This document shows positions 1 to 7,717 of a DNA stretch of 24,000 nt, piece by piece; the first letter of the stretch is position 1, and each line of letters opens with the position of its first letter. The stretch spans positions 18,328 to 42,327 of the forward strand of contig CACSIN010000029.1 in NCBI GenBank assembly GCA_902705835.1, given 5' to 3'. This DNA is from BD1-7 clade bacterium. Lineage in GTDB: Bacteria > Pseudomonadota > Gammaproteobacteria > Pseudomonadales > DT-91. The position numbers and the translations under genes were made by a program. Below the pieces are notes generated by a model, which saw nothing but the letters and a program-made list of their open reading frames with translations, was not told the origin of the DNA and made no database searches.

Positions 1-509
1 TCATACAGGCTTTTCAACAAATCAGTTTGTTCGATAAACGCAGCAACAATCAACAAGATGCAATCTGCACCAATCGCCCGAGCTTCATAAACCTGATAAG
101 GGTCAATGATAAAATCTTTGCGAATCACCGGTATATCACACGCGGCACGAGCTGCTTTCAAATAGTCTTCATGACCTTTAAAGTAATCACGATCCGTCAG
201 TACCGACAAACAAGCGGCACCGGCTTCGGCATAACTTTTGGCGATCATTACCGGGTCAAAATCCTCGCGAATAACCCCTTTACTCGGAGAGGCTTTCTTA
301 ATTTCGGCGATAACTGCGGATTTTCCAGCCGCGACCTTTGCATTCATTGCTTCAACAAACCCTCTGGGTGCAGTTTGCAAAGCGGCTTGCTGTTTTAAAT
401 CATCAATACTGGTAACCGCACTGCGTTCGGCGATTTCTTCACGTTTGCGACTGAGGATTTTAACGAGCACATCCGGTGTTTTCGTGTTTAACTCGGTATT
501 TTCTAACAT
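1..509 (-). CDS. trpC: Indole-3-glycerol phosphate synthase TrpC, N-terminal ~169 codons; the 3' end runs off the left window edge
   Basis: Not in the ORF track because no stop lies in the window. Manual minus-strand translation from the ATG at 509 gives [30 protein letters not shown]...[22 protein letters not shown]...[13 protein letters not shown]...[30 protein letters not shown] with no stops. The [10 protein letters not shown] and RKDFIxDxYQ motifs are TrpC hallmarks. It lies directly downstream of trpD. Confidence 0.9.
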   Translation of the reverse strand, partial: MLENTELNTKTPDVLVKILSRKREEIAERSAVTSIDDLKQQAALQTAPRGFVEAMNAKVAAGKSAVIAEIKKASPSKGVIREDFDPVMIAKSYAEAGAACLSVLTDRDYFKGHEDYLKAARAACDIPVIRKDFIIDPYQVYEARAIGADCILLIVAAFIEQTDLLKSLY

Positions 510-536
510 CTGACAAACCTTCTCAGCACTGTTCAG

Positions 537-1562
537 TTACTCGGCGGCACCCAAGCCACGAGTAAACTGAATGAATTCGTTAAACTTCTCTTTCGCTTGC
601 CCTGAAGCCATTACATCCTGCGCCATTTCGACACCTTGCGCTAAAGTACAGGTCACATCGGCAGCATAAATTGCAGCGCCAGCATTCAACGCCAACATCC
701 GTGATGCGGTCGACTCAATGCCACCAAGGGCATCCTTAACCAAAGCAAGGCTCGCTTCAGCACTGTCAACTCTGAGTTCTTCCAGCGCTCCACGTTCGAG
801 GCCAAAATCTTCTGGTGCTACTGTATAAGTCGTGATTTTATCGTCTTTCAACTCGGCAACGGTGGATGTCGTCGCAATACTGAACTCATCCAGCCCGTCA
901 TCTGCATGAACCACTAACACATGCTTAGCACCCAGCTTTCGTAACACTTGCGCCAACGGTTCGACCAACTTGCCGTCAAATACGCCAACAACAAGATGGC
1001 GGCTGCCCGCGGGGTTCGTTAACGGTCCTAAAATATTAAAAATTGTGCGCGCTGCTAGTTCACGACGCGGTCCGATTGCATGTTTCATGGCCCCATGATG
1101 CTTAACCGCAAACATAAAACCAACGCCGGTTGCTTCGATGGTTTTGGCGACCTGTTGTGGTGAAATATCCAGATCCGCACCAGCGGCGATCAACAGATCT
1201 GCGCTGCCTGACGTACTGGTCACAGAACGATTGCCGTGTTTAGCCACGCATGCGCCTGCGGCCGCCGCGATAAATGCGGAAGCCGTAGAAACATTAAAAA
1301 TACTCGCGCCATCTCCACCGGTTCCAACGATATCCAGCGTTTCGCCGGCAACGTCCACCTTAGCCGAAAGACTCCGCATAACACCTGCAGCGGCGGCAAT
1401 CTCTTCGACAGATTCGCCTTTCATTCGCAGTGCCGCCAAAAAACCACCAATTTGCGCATCGGTGGCTTGGCCAGTCATGATTTCTTGCATGGCATCATGC
1501 ATTTCTTGAGACGTCAGGTTCTGATGATTCAGAACCTGGTTAATCGCGTGTTGAATCTTCAT
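537..1562 (-). CDS. trpD: Anthranilate phosphoribosyltransferase
   Basis: 341 aa ORF with the GTGGDG motif, KHGNRSVTS and GPLTNPA, which are typical of TrpD. It sits between trpG and trpC. Confidence 0.95.
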   Translation of the reverse strand: MKIQHAINQVLNHQNLTSQEMHDAMQEIMTGQATDAQIGGFLAALRMKGESVEEIAAAAGVMRSLSAKVDVAGETLDIVGTGGDGASIFNVSTASAFIAAAAGACVAKHGNRSVTSTSGSADLLIAAGADLDISPQQVAKTIEATGVGFMFAVKHHGAMKHAIGPRRELAARTIFNILGPLTNPAGSRHLVVGVFDGKLVEPLAQVLRKLGAKHVLVVHADDGLDEFSIATTSTVAELKDDKITTYTVAPEDFGLERGALEELRVDSAEASLALVKDALGGIESTASRMLALNAGAAIYAADVTCTLAQGVEMAQDVMASGQAKEKFNEFIQFTRGLGAAE

Positions 1563-1607
1563 TGTTATTGACTCAATGATTCCTAATGTTCAATGCCCGC
1601 CTGAATA

Positions 1608-2192
1608 TCAGACTGACTGTTGCAAAAAATTCTGCAACAAGTCATGTCCATGTTCAGTCAGAATGGATTCCGGATGATATTGCACACCTTCGATAGGCAG
1701 CGTTTTGTGGCGTACGCCCATGATTTCGTCTCGCTCGCCGTCGATGGTCTGAGTCCAGGCTGTCACTTCCAAACAATCTGGCAGTGTTGCCTGATCAATG
1801 ACCAGCGAGTGGTAACGCGTTGCCTGATACGGGTTCGGTAAGCCTTCAAATATACCCACACCGGTATGGTATATCGGTGACGTCTTGCCATGCATTACTT
1901 CTTTGGCACGCACAATATCGCCGCCAAACACCTGACCAATACTCTGATGCCCGAGGCAAATGCCAAGAATCGGCAATTTGCCGGCAAAATAGCGAATGGC
2001 TTCCATCGAGATACCTGCCTCGTTCGGCGTACATGGCCCCGGAGAAACCACCAGACGATCCGGGTTCATGGCCTCAATCTCGGCCACCGTAATTTCGTCG
2101 TTACGAAATACCCGGACATCCGCCTTAAGCTCGCCCAAGTATTGAACAACGTTGTATGTAAATGAATCGTAATTATCAATCATTACCAGCAT
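1608..2192 (-). CDS. trpG: Anthranilate synthase component II (glutamine amidotransferase)
   Basis: N terminus [22 protein letters not shown], catalytic GICLGHQ and the HPES motif of class-I GATases. The track ORF extends to 2261, but that extension overlaps trpE. The ATG at 2192 lies 2 nt after the trpE stop (2195-2197) and matches the family N terminus. Confidence 0.92.
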   Translation of the reverse strand: MLVMIDNYDSFTYNVVQYLGELKADVRVFRNDEITVAEIEAMNPDRLVVSPGPCTPNEAGISMEAIRYFAGKLPILGICLGHQSIGQVFGGDIVRAKEVMHGKTSPIYHTGVGIFEGLPNPYQATRYHSLVIDQATLPDCLEVTAWTQTIDGERDEIMGVRHKTLPIEGVQYHPESILTEHGHDLLQNFLQQSV

Positions 2193-2194
2193 GA

Positions 2195-3679
2195 TCAGGC
2201 CTCCTCTACCATGGCAACAGCTTTTATAACGGCACGCGCTTTGTTCATGGTTTCTTTCCATTCCAACGCGGGAACAGAATCCGCGACAACACCTGCGCCA
2301 GCCTGAACATGCAACTGACCATCTTTGATAACCGCAGTGCGGATGGCAATCGCAACATCCATATTGCCATCCCAGGAGATATACCCCACAGCACCACCAA
2401 ACACTTCACGTTTGATCGGCTCGAATTCATCGATAATTTCCATCGCTCGCACCTTCGGCGCGCCACTCAATGTGCCTGCCGGTAAAGCAGAGCGTAACAA
2501 CCCGAGTGCTGTCAGATCATCCTTCGCATCACCCTCAACGTTAGAAACGATATGCATAACATGCGAGTAGCGCTCAACGTCCATCTGTTCAGTTACGTTA
2601 ACCGAACCGGTTTTAGCGACACGACCAATATCGTTACGCCCCAGATCGATCAGCATCAAATGTTCAGCAACCTCTTTGGGGTCGGCCAACAGCTCTTTTT
2701 CTAGCGCCAGATCTTCTGCTTCGGTATGACCTCGGCGGCGGGTACCCGCTAACGGCCGAACCACCAGTTTGCGATCAACCATACGTGCCAAAATCTCAGG
2801 CGACGATCCCACAACGTGGGTATCTCCCAAATTCATAAAGTACATATAAGGCGATGGATTCACTAACCGTAAAGCACGGTATAGGCTCAACGGATCGCCG
2901 TTGAACGGTCGTGATAGACGCTGTGAAATCACCACTTGCATGCAGTCGCCGGCTAAAATGTACTCTTTGATATCATCAACGGCTTTTTCATAGGCGGCCT
3001 GACCAAATGAGGAGTCAAACGACGCTTCCAAAGACGTCGAATCTTGCTTGAGCGCACCGATATTCAGTTCAGGCAGATCAAAAGTGGCTGTACGCAACTG
3101 CGTATACAAGTCATCCAACGCGGACCGCGCACTGTCTAGAGCGTTTTCCTGATTTGGGTCGGCAAGAATGACCAAGCTTAGCGTTCCAGCTAAGTTATCA
3201 AACACCATGATTTTTTCAGACACCATCAGAACGATGTCAGCGCAGCCAATTTGAGATGGGGGTGTTGAATCCGCCAGACGCTTTTCGGCATAACGCACGG
3301 TGTCGTAAGCAAAATAGCCGACCAATCCGCCAGAAAAACCCGACACTTCATCAATCGGTGCAACCCGAAACTCATCTTTTACGGCATCAATATAAGCCAA
3401 AGGGTCATCAACGGTTTCGCGCTTAACTTCAACGCCATCAATCTCCTCAACCACGTCGTGGCCGAAGACCTTGATAACACGTGAACACGGCAACCCAATC
3501 ATCGAATAGCGACCGCGTTTCTCTCCGCCTTCGACAGCTTCGAGCAGGTAGGAATAGGGCCCATTCGCCAGTTTCATATAACTGCTGACAGGCGTATCAA
3601 CATCAGCAAGTACTTGACGAACCACAGGAATGCGATTGAAACCCTGCGCCGCCAAGCGTTCAAATTCGTGTAATTGCAT
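2195..3679 (-). CDS. trpE: Anthranilate synthase component I
   Basis: 494 aa with [22 protein letters not shown] and [15 protein letters not shown], the motifs of the chorismate-binding TrpE family. AAGGA lies 6 nt upstream of the ATG. Confidence 0.95.
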   Translation of the reverse strand: MQLHEFERLAAQGFNRIPVVRQVLADVDTPVSSYMKLANGPYSYLLEAVEGGEKRGRYSMIGLPCSRVIKVFGHDVVEEIDGVEVKRETVDDPLAYIDAVKDEFRVAPIDEVSGFSGGLVGYFAYDTVRYAEKRLADSTPPSQIGCADIVLMVSEKIMVFDNLAGTLSLVILADPNQENALDSARSALDDLYTQLRTATFDLPELNIGALKQDSTSLEASFDSSFGQAAYEKAVDDIKEYILAGDCMQVVISQRLSRPFNGDPLSLYRALRLVNPSPYMYFMNLGDTHVVGSSPEILARMVDRKLVVRPLAGTRRRGHTEAEDLALEKELLADPKEVAEHLMLIDLGRNDIGRVAKTGSVNVTEQMDVERYSHVMHIVSNVEGDAKDDLTALGLLRSALPAGTLSGAPKVRAMEIIDEFEPIKREVFGGAVGYISWDGNMDVAIAIRTAVIKDGQLHVQAGAGVVADSVPALEWKETMNKARAVIKAVAMVEEA

Positions 3680-4092
3680 GAGAAATCCTTACAACGCCCT
3701 GATGAATAAAATCAGTGATCATCAAGCGTTAGCACAAAATAGATAGTTGCGTCGATTCTGTGAAGACATCGTAGAGAAGCAAGCTCAGTGAAAACACCAA
3801 AATAGACGCGCGTGAAATACGAAGGTGGCGTCAGACGCGCCAACGGAAGGTCAATGCAGAGATGGTCGAGAGGTATTTCACACTAGGCCTCGGATTAACA
3901 AGATAAATAGCTTGGGGATATTGTAGGCAAATTGATGATAAATGGAACCCCCAAAACGCGCCTCTTCACGGTTGAATCAGTGCTCACCGGACTGACTCAT
4001 GACAATTTCGCAACTTTCCGAGGAATTAGAAAGCCTTTTCTAATTACACTTTGTAATATGAAATTGAATTCTTCAACCAAGGAGTAAACGCC

Positions 4093-4221
4093 ATGAAAAA
4101 CTGGATGCTTGAAATTGAAGAACGAAGCGACAAAGAGACCGCTAAAATAATAATACAAATGCTCGCAGGAAGCCTGATCTTCGCCTCATTCTTCGTAGGT
4201 AACTGGCATTTGTTGACGTAA
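4093..4221 (+). CDS. Hypothetical 42-aa small membrane peptide (MKNWMLEIEERSDKETAKIIIQMLAGSLIFASFFVGNWHLLT)
   Basis: Below the ORF-track size cutoff. AAGGAG lies 8 nt upstream of the ATG. The peptide has a charged N-terminal half followed by one ~20-residue hydrophobic segment, and a hairpin terminator lies ~57 nt downstream. Against it: I recognise no family, and it has three consecutive ATA codons, which are atypical of the flanking genes. Confidence 0.4.
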   Translation: MKNWMLEIEERSDKETAKIIIQMLAGSLIFASFFVGNWHLLT

Positions 4222-4277
4222 TGTATATTTTCACGACTCAGCAGATAGTCTCTGATACATCACAATAAAAAGGAAAT

Positions 4278-4306
4278 AAGGCAGCTGTTCCATCGCTGCC
4301 TTTTTT
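4278..4306. terminator. Rho-independent-type hairpin between the small ORF (+) and gph (-); possibly bidirectional
   Basis: AAGGCAGC (4278-4285), 9-nt loop, GCTGCCTT (4295-4302), running into T6 (4301-4306). An A-rich tract upstream gives a weaker U-tract on the minus strand, where the gph stop lies ~35 nt away. Confidence 0.6.
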
Positions 4307-4339
4307 ATTGCCACAAATCCCCGAAAGACCGTAACACAG

Positions 4340-5029
4340 CTAGATGAGCTCTTCTAACGAGTCTACAGTGGCATTGGCAGCCAGCTCAGAAACTGGCTCA
4401 CCATAGTTGTAGCCATAGGTCACACACGTTGATCGAATGCCGGCATTTTTAGCCGCATCAATGTCATTGCGTGAATCGCCGACCATCAAACAATCCGACA
4501 AGTTTACCGACAACATTTCAGCAGCTCGAACCAGCGGCAACGGATCTGGTTTTTTCTGAGTAAAAGTATCACCCGATAACACTAGATCGAAATATTCGTC
4601 GATTTTCAGCTTTTCAAGAACCCGCGGCGTAAACTGCCCGGGTTTATTGGTAATAATCGCCAAAGGAATTTGATGTACCCGCAATGCCTCTAAACACGCG
4701 GTAACACCCGCATAAAGACGCGATTGATCATGGCCACCTGCACCATAACACTCAAGAAACACTTGATGAGCGCGGCTCAGACATTCATCCGTAGGCACAC
4801 TGCCCCGTGCATCAACCATTGCGCGCTCAACCAGTTTGAGTGCACCGTTGCCGACCCAGCCACGCACCTTGTTCTCACCAGCAGCCGCAAAGTCCATTGC
4901 CACCAACATGGCATCCACGGCCTGCGTCAGATCGGGAACACTATCAACTAGGGTGCCATCGAGATCAAAAAACACCGCAGCTGGTAACTCACCATCAAAT
5001 AACGAGCGTAGCAACTGTAATTCTACCAC
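4340..5029 (-). CDS. gph: Phosphoglycolate phosphatase (HAD superfamily)
   Basis: HAD motif I FFDLDGTLVDS, motif II ITNK and motif IV GDSRNDI. Its position immediately after rpe matches the conserved rpe-gph pair. The track ORF starts at the ATG at 5077, which would overlap rpe by 35 nt. I prefer the GTG at 5029, which has GGGAG 9 nt upstream and lies after the rpe stop. The start is uncertain (5029 vs 5077). Confidence 0.85.
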   Translation of the reverse strand: MVELQLLRSLFDGELPAAVFFDLDGTLVDSVPDLTQAVDAMLVAMDFAAAGENKVRGWVGNGALKLVERAMVDARGSVPTDECLSRAHQVFLECYGAGGHDQSRLYAGVTACLEALRVHQIPLAIITNKPGQFTPRVLEKLKIDEYFDLVLSGDTFTQKKPDPLPLVRAAEMLSVNLSDCLMVGDSRNDIDAAKNAGIRSTCVTYGYNYGEPVSELAANATVDSLEELI

Positions 5030-5042
5030 GGAACTGTACTCC

Positions 5043-5711
5043 CTATACCCCAGCCAATTGCTCACGCATCTTATCAATCACCGCTTTATAATCCGGTTGA
5101 TTGAAAATCGCAGAGCCTGCAACAAATGTATCTGCACCCGCCGCAGCGATTTCAGCAATATTGTCGACTTTAACGCCGCCGTCGATCTCCAATCGGCAAT
5201 CCAGCTGATTGTTATCGATCAAAGCACGTGCTTCTTTGAGTTTTTCCAGCGTATTGGGAATAAACGACTGACCGCCAAATCCCGGATTGACCGACATCAA
5301 CAGAATCATATCCAGCTTATCCAGGACGTATTTAGCAGCATCCAATCCAGCAGCAGGATTAAACACTAAACCTGCTTTACAACCGGCATCACGAATGAGC
5401 TGCAGTGAACGATCAACATGCAGTGACGCTTCCGGGTGAAAGGTAATATAAGTCGCGCCAGCATCAGCAAACTGTTTAATCAGATCATCAACCGGACTTA
5501 CCATTAGATGCACGTCAATCGGCGCGGTAACGCCATAATCGCGCAGAGCCTTACAAACCATTGGGCCAATAGTGAGGTTCGGCACATAGTGATTGTCCAT
5601 CACATCAAAATGCACAATGTCTGCTCCTGCAGCCAGAACATTGTCGACTTCTTCACCAAGACGTGCGAAATCAGCTGACAAAATAGATGGAGCGATCTTG
5701 AAATCTTGCAT
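5043..5711 (-). CDS. rpe: Ribulose-phosphate 3-epimerase
   Basis: N terminus [16 protein letters not shown] is near-identical to the enterobacterial Rpe N terminus. It also has [14 protein letters not shown] and [15 protein letters not shown] lies 7 nt upstream of the ATG. Confidence 0.96.
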   Translation of the reverse strand: MQDFKIAPSILSADFARLGEEVDNVLAAGADIVHFDVMDNHYVPNLTIGPMVCKALRDYGVTAPIDVHLMVSPVDDLIKQFADAGATYITFHPEASLHVDRSLQLIRDAGCKAGLVFNPAAGLDAAKYVLDKLDMILLMSVNPGFGGQSFIPNTLEKLKEARALIDNNQLDCRLEIDGGVKVDNIAEIAAAGADTFVAGSAIFNQPDYKAVIDKMREQLAGV

Positions 5712-5754
5712 AAGGGGACCTTCAGGGCGGCGGTAAGCAATATCAGGGGCCGCT

Positions 5755-5783
5755 ATTGTAGCCTATTTTAAACGCCTTGTTGA
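5755..5783 (-). promoter_or_regulatory. Candidate sigma70 promoter for rpe-gph, overlapping the murU 3' end
   Basis: Minus strand reads TCAACA (5783-5778), N17, TACAAT (5760-5755), about 45 nt upstream of the rpe ATG. This is a pattern match only. Confidence 0.3.
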
Positions 5784-6457
5784 TGCGCCCGATTAAGCGC
5801 CTCCAAACGTTCCGGCGTACCGATATCTTGCCACTGGCCTGCATGAAGTTCGCCGGTTACCAACCCAGCGTCACAAGCTTGGCGCAGTAGCGGCCCTAAG
5901 GGACCATCGATCACACCAAAACGTTCAAACAAAGCCGGGTCAATAATCGCAATGCCCGAATAGGTCAATCGCTCACTCTCGGCATTGGTCTTGGTCTTGG
6001 CATTGGTGATTAGGCCATTGCTGTCGAGATCAAAATCACCCTCGGGATTGTGCTCGGGGTTTGCCACCAAGACCAAATGTACCAAGCCGGACAATTTGTG
6101 TGCCACCAATCGACGAAAATCAAAATCACACCAGATATCGCCATTGACGACCGCGAAAGGCTCCTGCCCCAACAAACCCGCAGCATGGGTCATACCGCCC
6201 GCAGTTTCGAGGGGTTCGCCTTCGGCAGAGTAGGCAATCGATGCTCCCCAACGGCTGCCATCTCCCAACGTGTGCACGATTTGTTCGCCCAGATACGCAT
6301 GGTTAATCACAAATTCATTAAAACCAGCGTCGGTTAACCTATCGATGCTGTATTCGATAAGGGGCTTGCCCGCTACAGTCAATAACGGCTTTGGGCAAGT
6401 CGCAGTGAGTGGCATCATACGTTTACCAAAGCCGGCCGCCAGCAACATCACCTTCAT
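5768..6457 (-). CDS. murU: Sugar-1-phosphate nucleotidyltransferase, MurU-like (N-acetylmuramate alpha-1-phosphate uridylyltransferase)
   Basis: N-terminal LLAAGFGKRMMPLT matches the GxGxR nucleotidyltransferase signature. The ~229 aa size, the 4-nt ATGA overlap with the upstream kinase gene and the location next to lptD match the Pseudomonas amgK-murU arrangement. Specific function is inferred from synteny. Confidence 0.78.
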   Translation of the reverse strand: MKVMLLAAGFGKRMMPLTATCPKPLLTVAGKPLIEYSIDRLTDAGFNEFVINHAYLGEQIVHTLGDGSRWGASIAYSAEGEPLETAGGMTHAAGLLGQEPFAVVNGDIWCDFDFRRLVAHKLSGLVHLVLVANPEHNPEGDFDLDSNGLITNAKTKTNAESERLTYSGIAIIDPALFERFGVIDGPLGPLLRQACDAGLVTGELHAGQWQDIGTPERLEALNRAHQQGV

Positions 6458-7485
6458 AGTGCTGCGCCCCAGTCTTGCTGCTTAGCCAACGGCAACAGAG
6501 CCTGATCAAACCATGCTAAGAATTCTGCTGCCTGAGGATAATCACTCACAACTGAGCGAACGTAATGAATCACCAAGGGTAAGTCATCGAGATAACCGGT
6601 TTTATTGTCACGAATAGCTAAGCGAGCGAAGACGCCAAGCACCTTAATGTGTCGCTGCAGCCCCATCAGATCCAAATGGGTTTTGAACGCTGCTAACGTA
6701 ACGTTTGCCATTTTCTCCGGCGCGCGCGCGGCCAGTTGACGATAGAAGTCCGCCACCCACACATCAACTTTTGCAGCCGGCCACTGCACATAACAATCGC
6801 GCAGCAGCGAAACCAAATCGTATGTTACAGGCCCACTGAGGGCATCCTGAAAATCAATAACCGCAAGACCCGATTCAACAACCATGATATTACGGCTGTG
6901 ATAGTCTCGATGCACAAATCCCGTCGGTTGCGATAGATTATTGGTGAGCACCCAGTCAAACATTTCATCCAGCATTGCCGATTCGTCATCACTAACGTCA
7001 TAACCAAGTAGAGCCTCGACGAACCAGACACGAAAGTATGACAACTCCAATGCTAACGCGTCTCTGTCGTACGCGCCCAGTTTGGCAACGTCGGCTTCCG
7101 GCAAGTGCTGGCAATCCAACAACACAGCCATTGCCTCCCGATACCAGTGATCAGCAGAATCATCGTCCAGCACATCAGCTAGTAAGGTGTGCCCGAGATC
7201 CGACTGCAATAAATACCCGTACTCTAAATCCACTGCAAAAACCTTAGGCGCCGCAATGTTTCCCGCCGCCAATAACTCAGCAACAGCAACAAACTCTGTA
7301 TTTTTTTCGGTCTCCGGCGGTGCTAAAGCGACAATATAAGCCTGCTCATTAACGTTGCACCTGAAATAGCGCCGAAAGCTCGCATCACCCGGCAAGGGTT
7401 GCCAATGAAGGTGGGTAATGTCTGTATGAAGTTGGTCTGCAACCCAAGATTGCAGCACCCGATACTCGTTATCAGTTGAATTCAT
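6454..7485 (-). CDS. amgK: Aminoglycoside-phosphotransferase-fold sugar kinase, AmgK-like (anomeric MurNAc/GlcNAc kinase)
   Basis: 343 aa with GDASFRRYFR near the N terminus, a HRDYHSRNIMV catalytic loop (HxDxxxxN) and a VIDFQDA metal-binding motif, i.e. the APH/choline-kinase fold. It is divergent from lptD and coupled to murU, as in Pseudomonas. Confidence 0.78.
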   Translation of the reverse strand: MNSTDNEYRVLQSWVADQLHTDITHLHWQPLPGDASFRRYFRCNVNEQAYIVALAPPETEKNTEFVAVAELLAAGNIAAPKVFAVDLEYGYLLQSDLGHTLLADVLDDDSADHWYREAMAVLLDCQHLPEADVAKLGAYDRDALALELSYFRVWFVEALLGYDVSDDESAMLDEMFDWVLTNNLSQPTGFVHRDYHSRNIMVVESGLAVIDFQDALSGPVTYDLVSLLRDCYVQWPAAKVDVWVADFYRQLAARAPEKMANVTLAAFKTHLDLMGLQRHIKVLGVFARLAIRDNKTGYLDDLPLVIHYVRSVVSDYPQAAEFLAWFDQALLPLAKQQDWGAAL

Positions 7486-7717
7486 AGAGCCTGGCAGTTA
7501 AATGCGATAAAACTTTTATTAATAAAAGCCCCGAGTGGTAGAACTAATTTCTCATGGCTCATGCTATAGTTACGGCAGAATACGGGATATAAAAGACAAG
7601 CAAATCAGCATTAAAATGCGACTTCTCGAAAGTGCTTCACCACACACTAACGAGCACCTTAGCTTTCTTTAATCCATAAACGATATAAGAACTTAATTTA
7701 ATCACGCGCCACCCCTA

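Noticed and set aside
27-513. Plus-strand ORFs 27-398 (123 aa) and 238-513 (91 aa)
   Set aside because: They are antisense shadow frames of trpC. The minus strand here translates without stops into a protein with clear TrpC motifs, whereas the plus-strand products are low-complexity with no recognisable motifs.
3680-4020. Classical trp attenuator with tandem Trp codons, or a TrpR-type operator
   Set aside because: There is no TGGTGG (CCACCA on the plus strand) anywhere upstream of trpE, and only a single CTAG core with no symmetric TrpR-like operator. Only the much weaker single-Trp candidate is reported, as a low-confidence finding.
4058-4087. 9-codon mini-ORF MKLNSSTKE ending in the SD of the 42-codon ORF
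   Set aside because: It has no SD of its own and is simply the in-frame tail of the 50-codon frame reported as a finding. It is not called as a separate leader peptide.
4836-5369. 177-aa plus-strand ORF across the gph/rpe junction, and 4840-5091
   Set aside because: It is antisense to two genes with strong family motifs. The product is Ser/Arg/Asn-rich and low-complexity, and there is no SD.
7535-7580. Possible sigmaE-type promoter (GAACT...) upstream of lptD
   Set aside because: A GAACTA -35-like element is present, but no acceptable TCNAA-type -10 lies at the right spacing, so a call would be unsupported.
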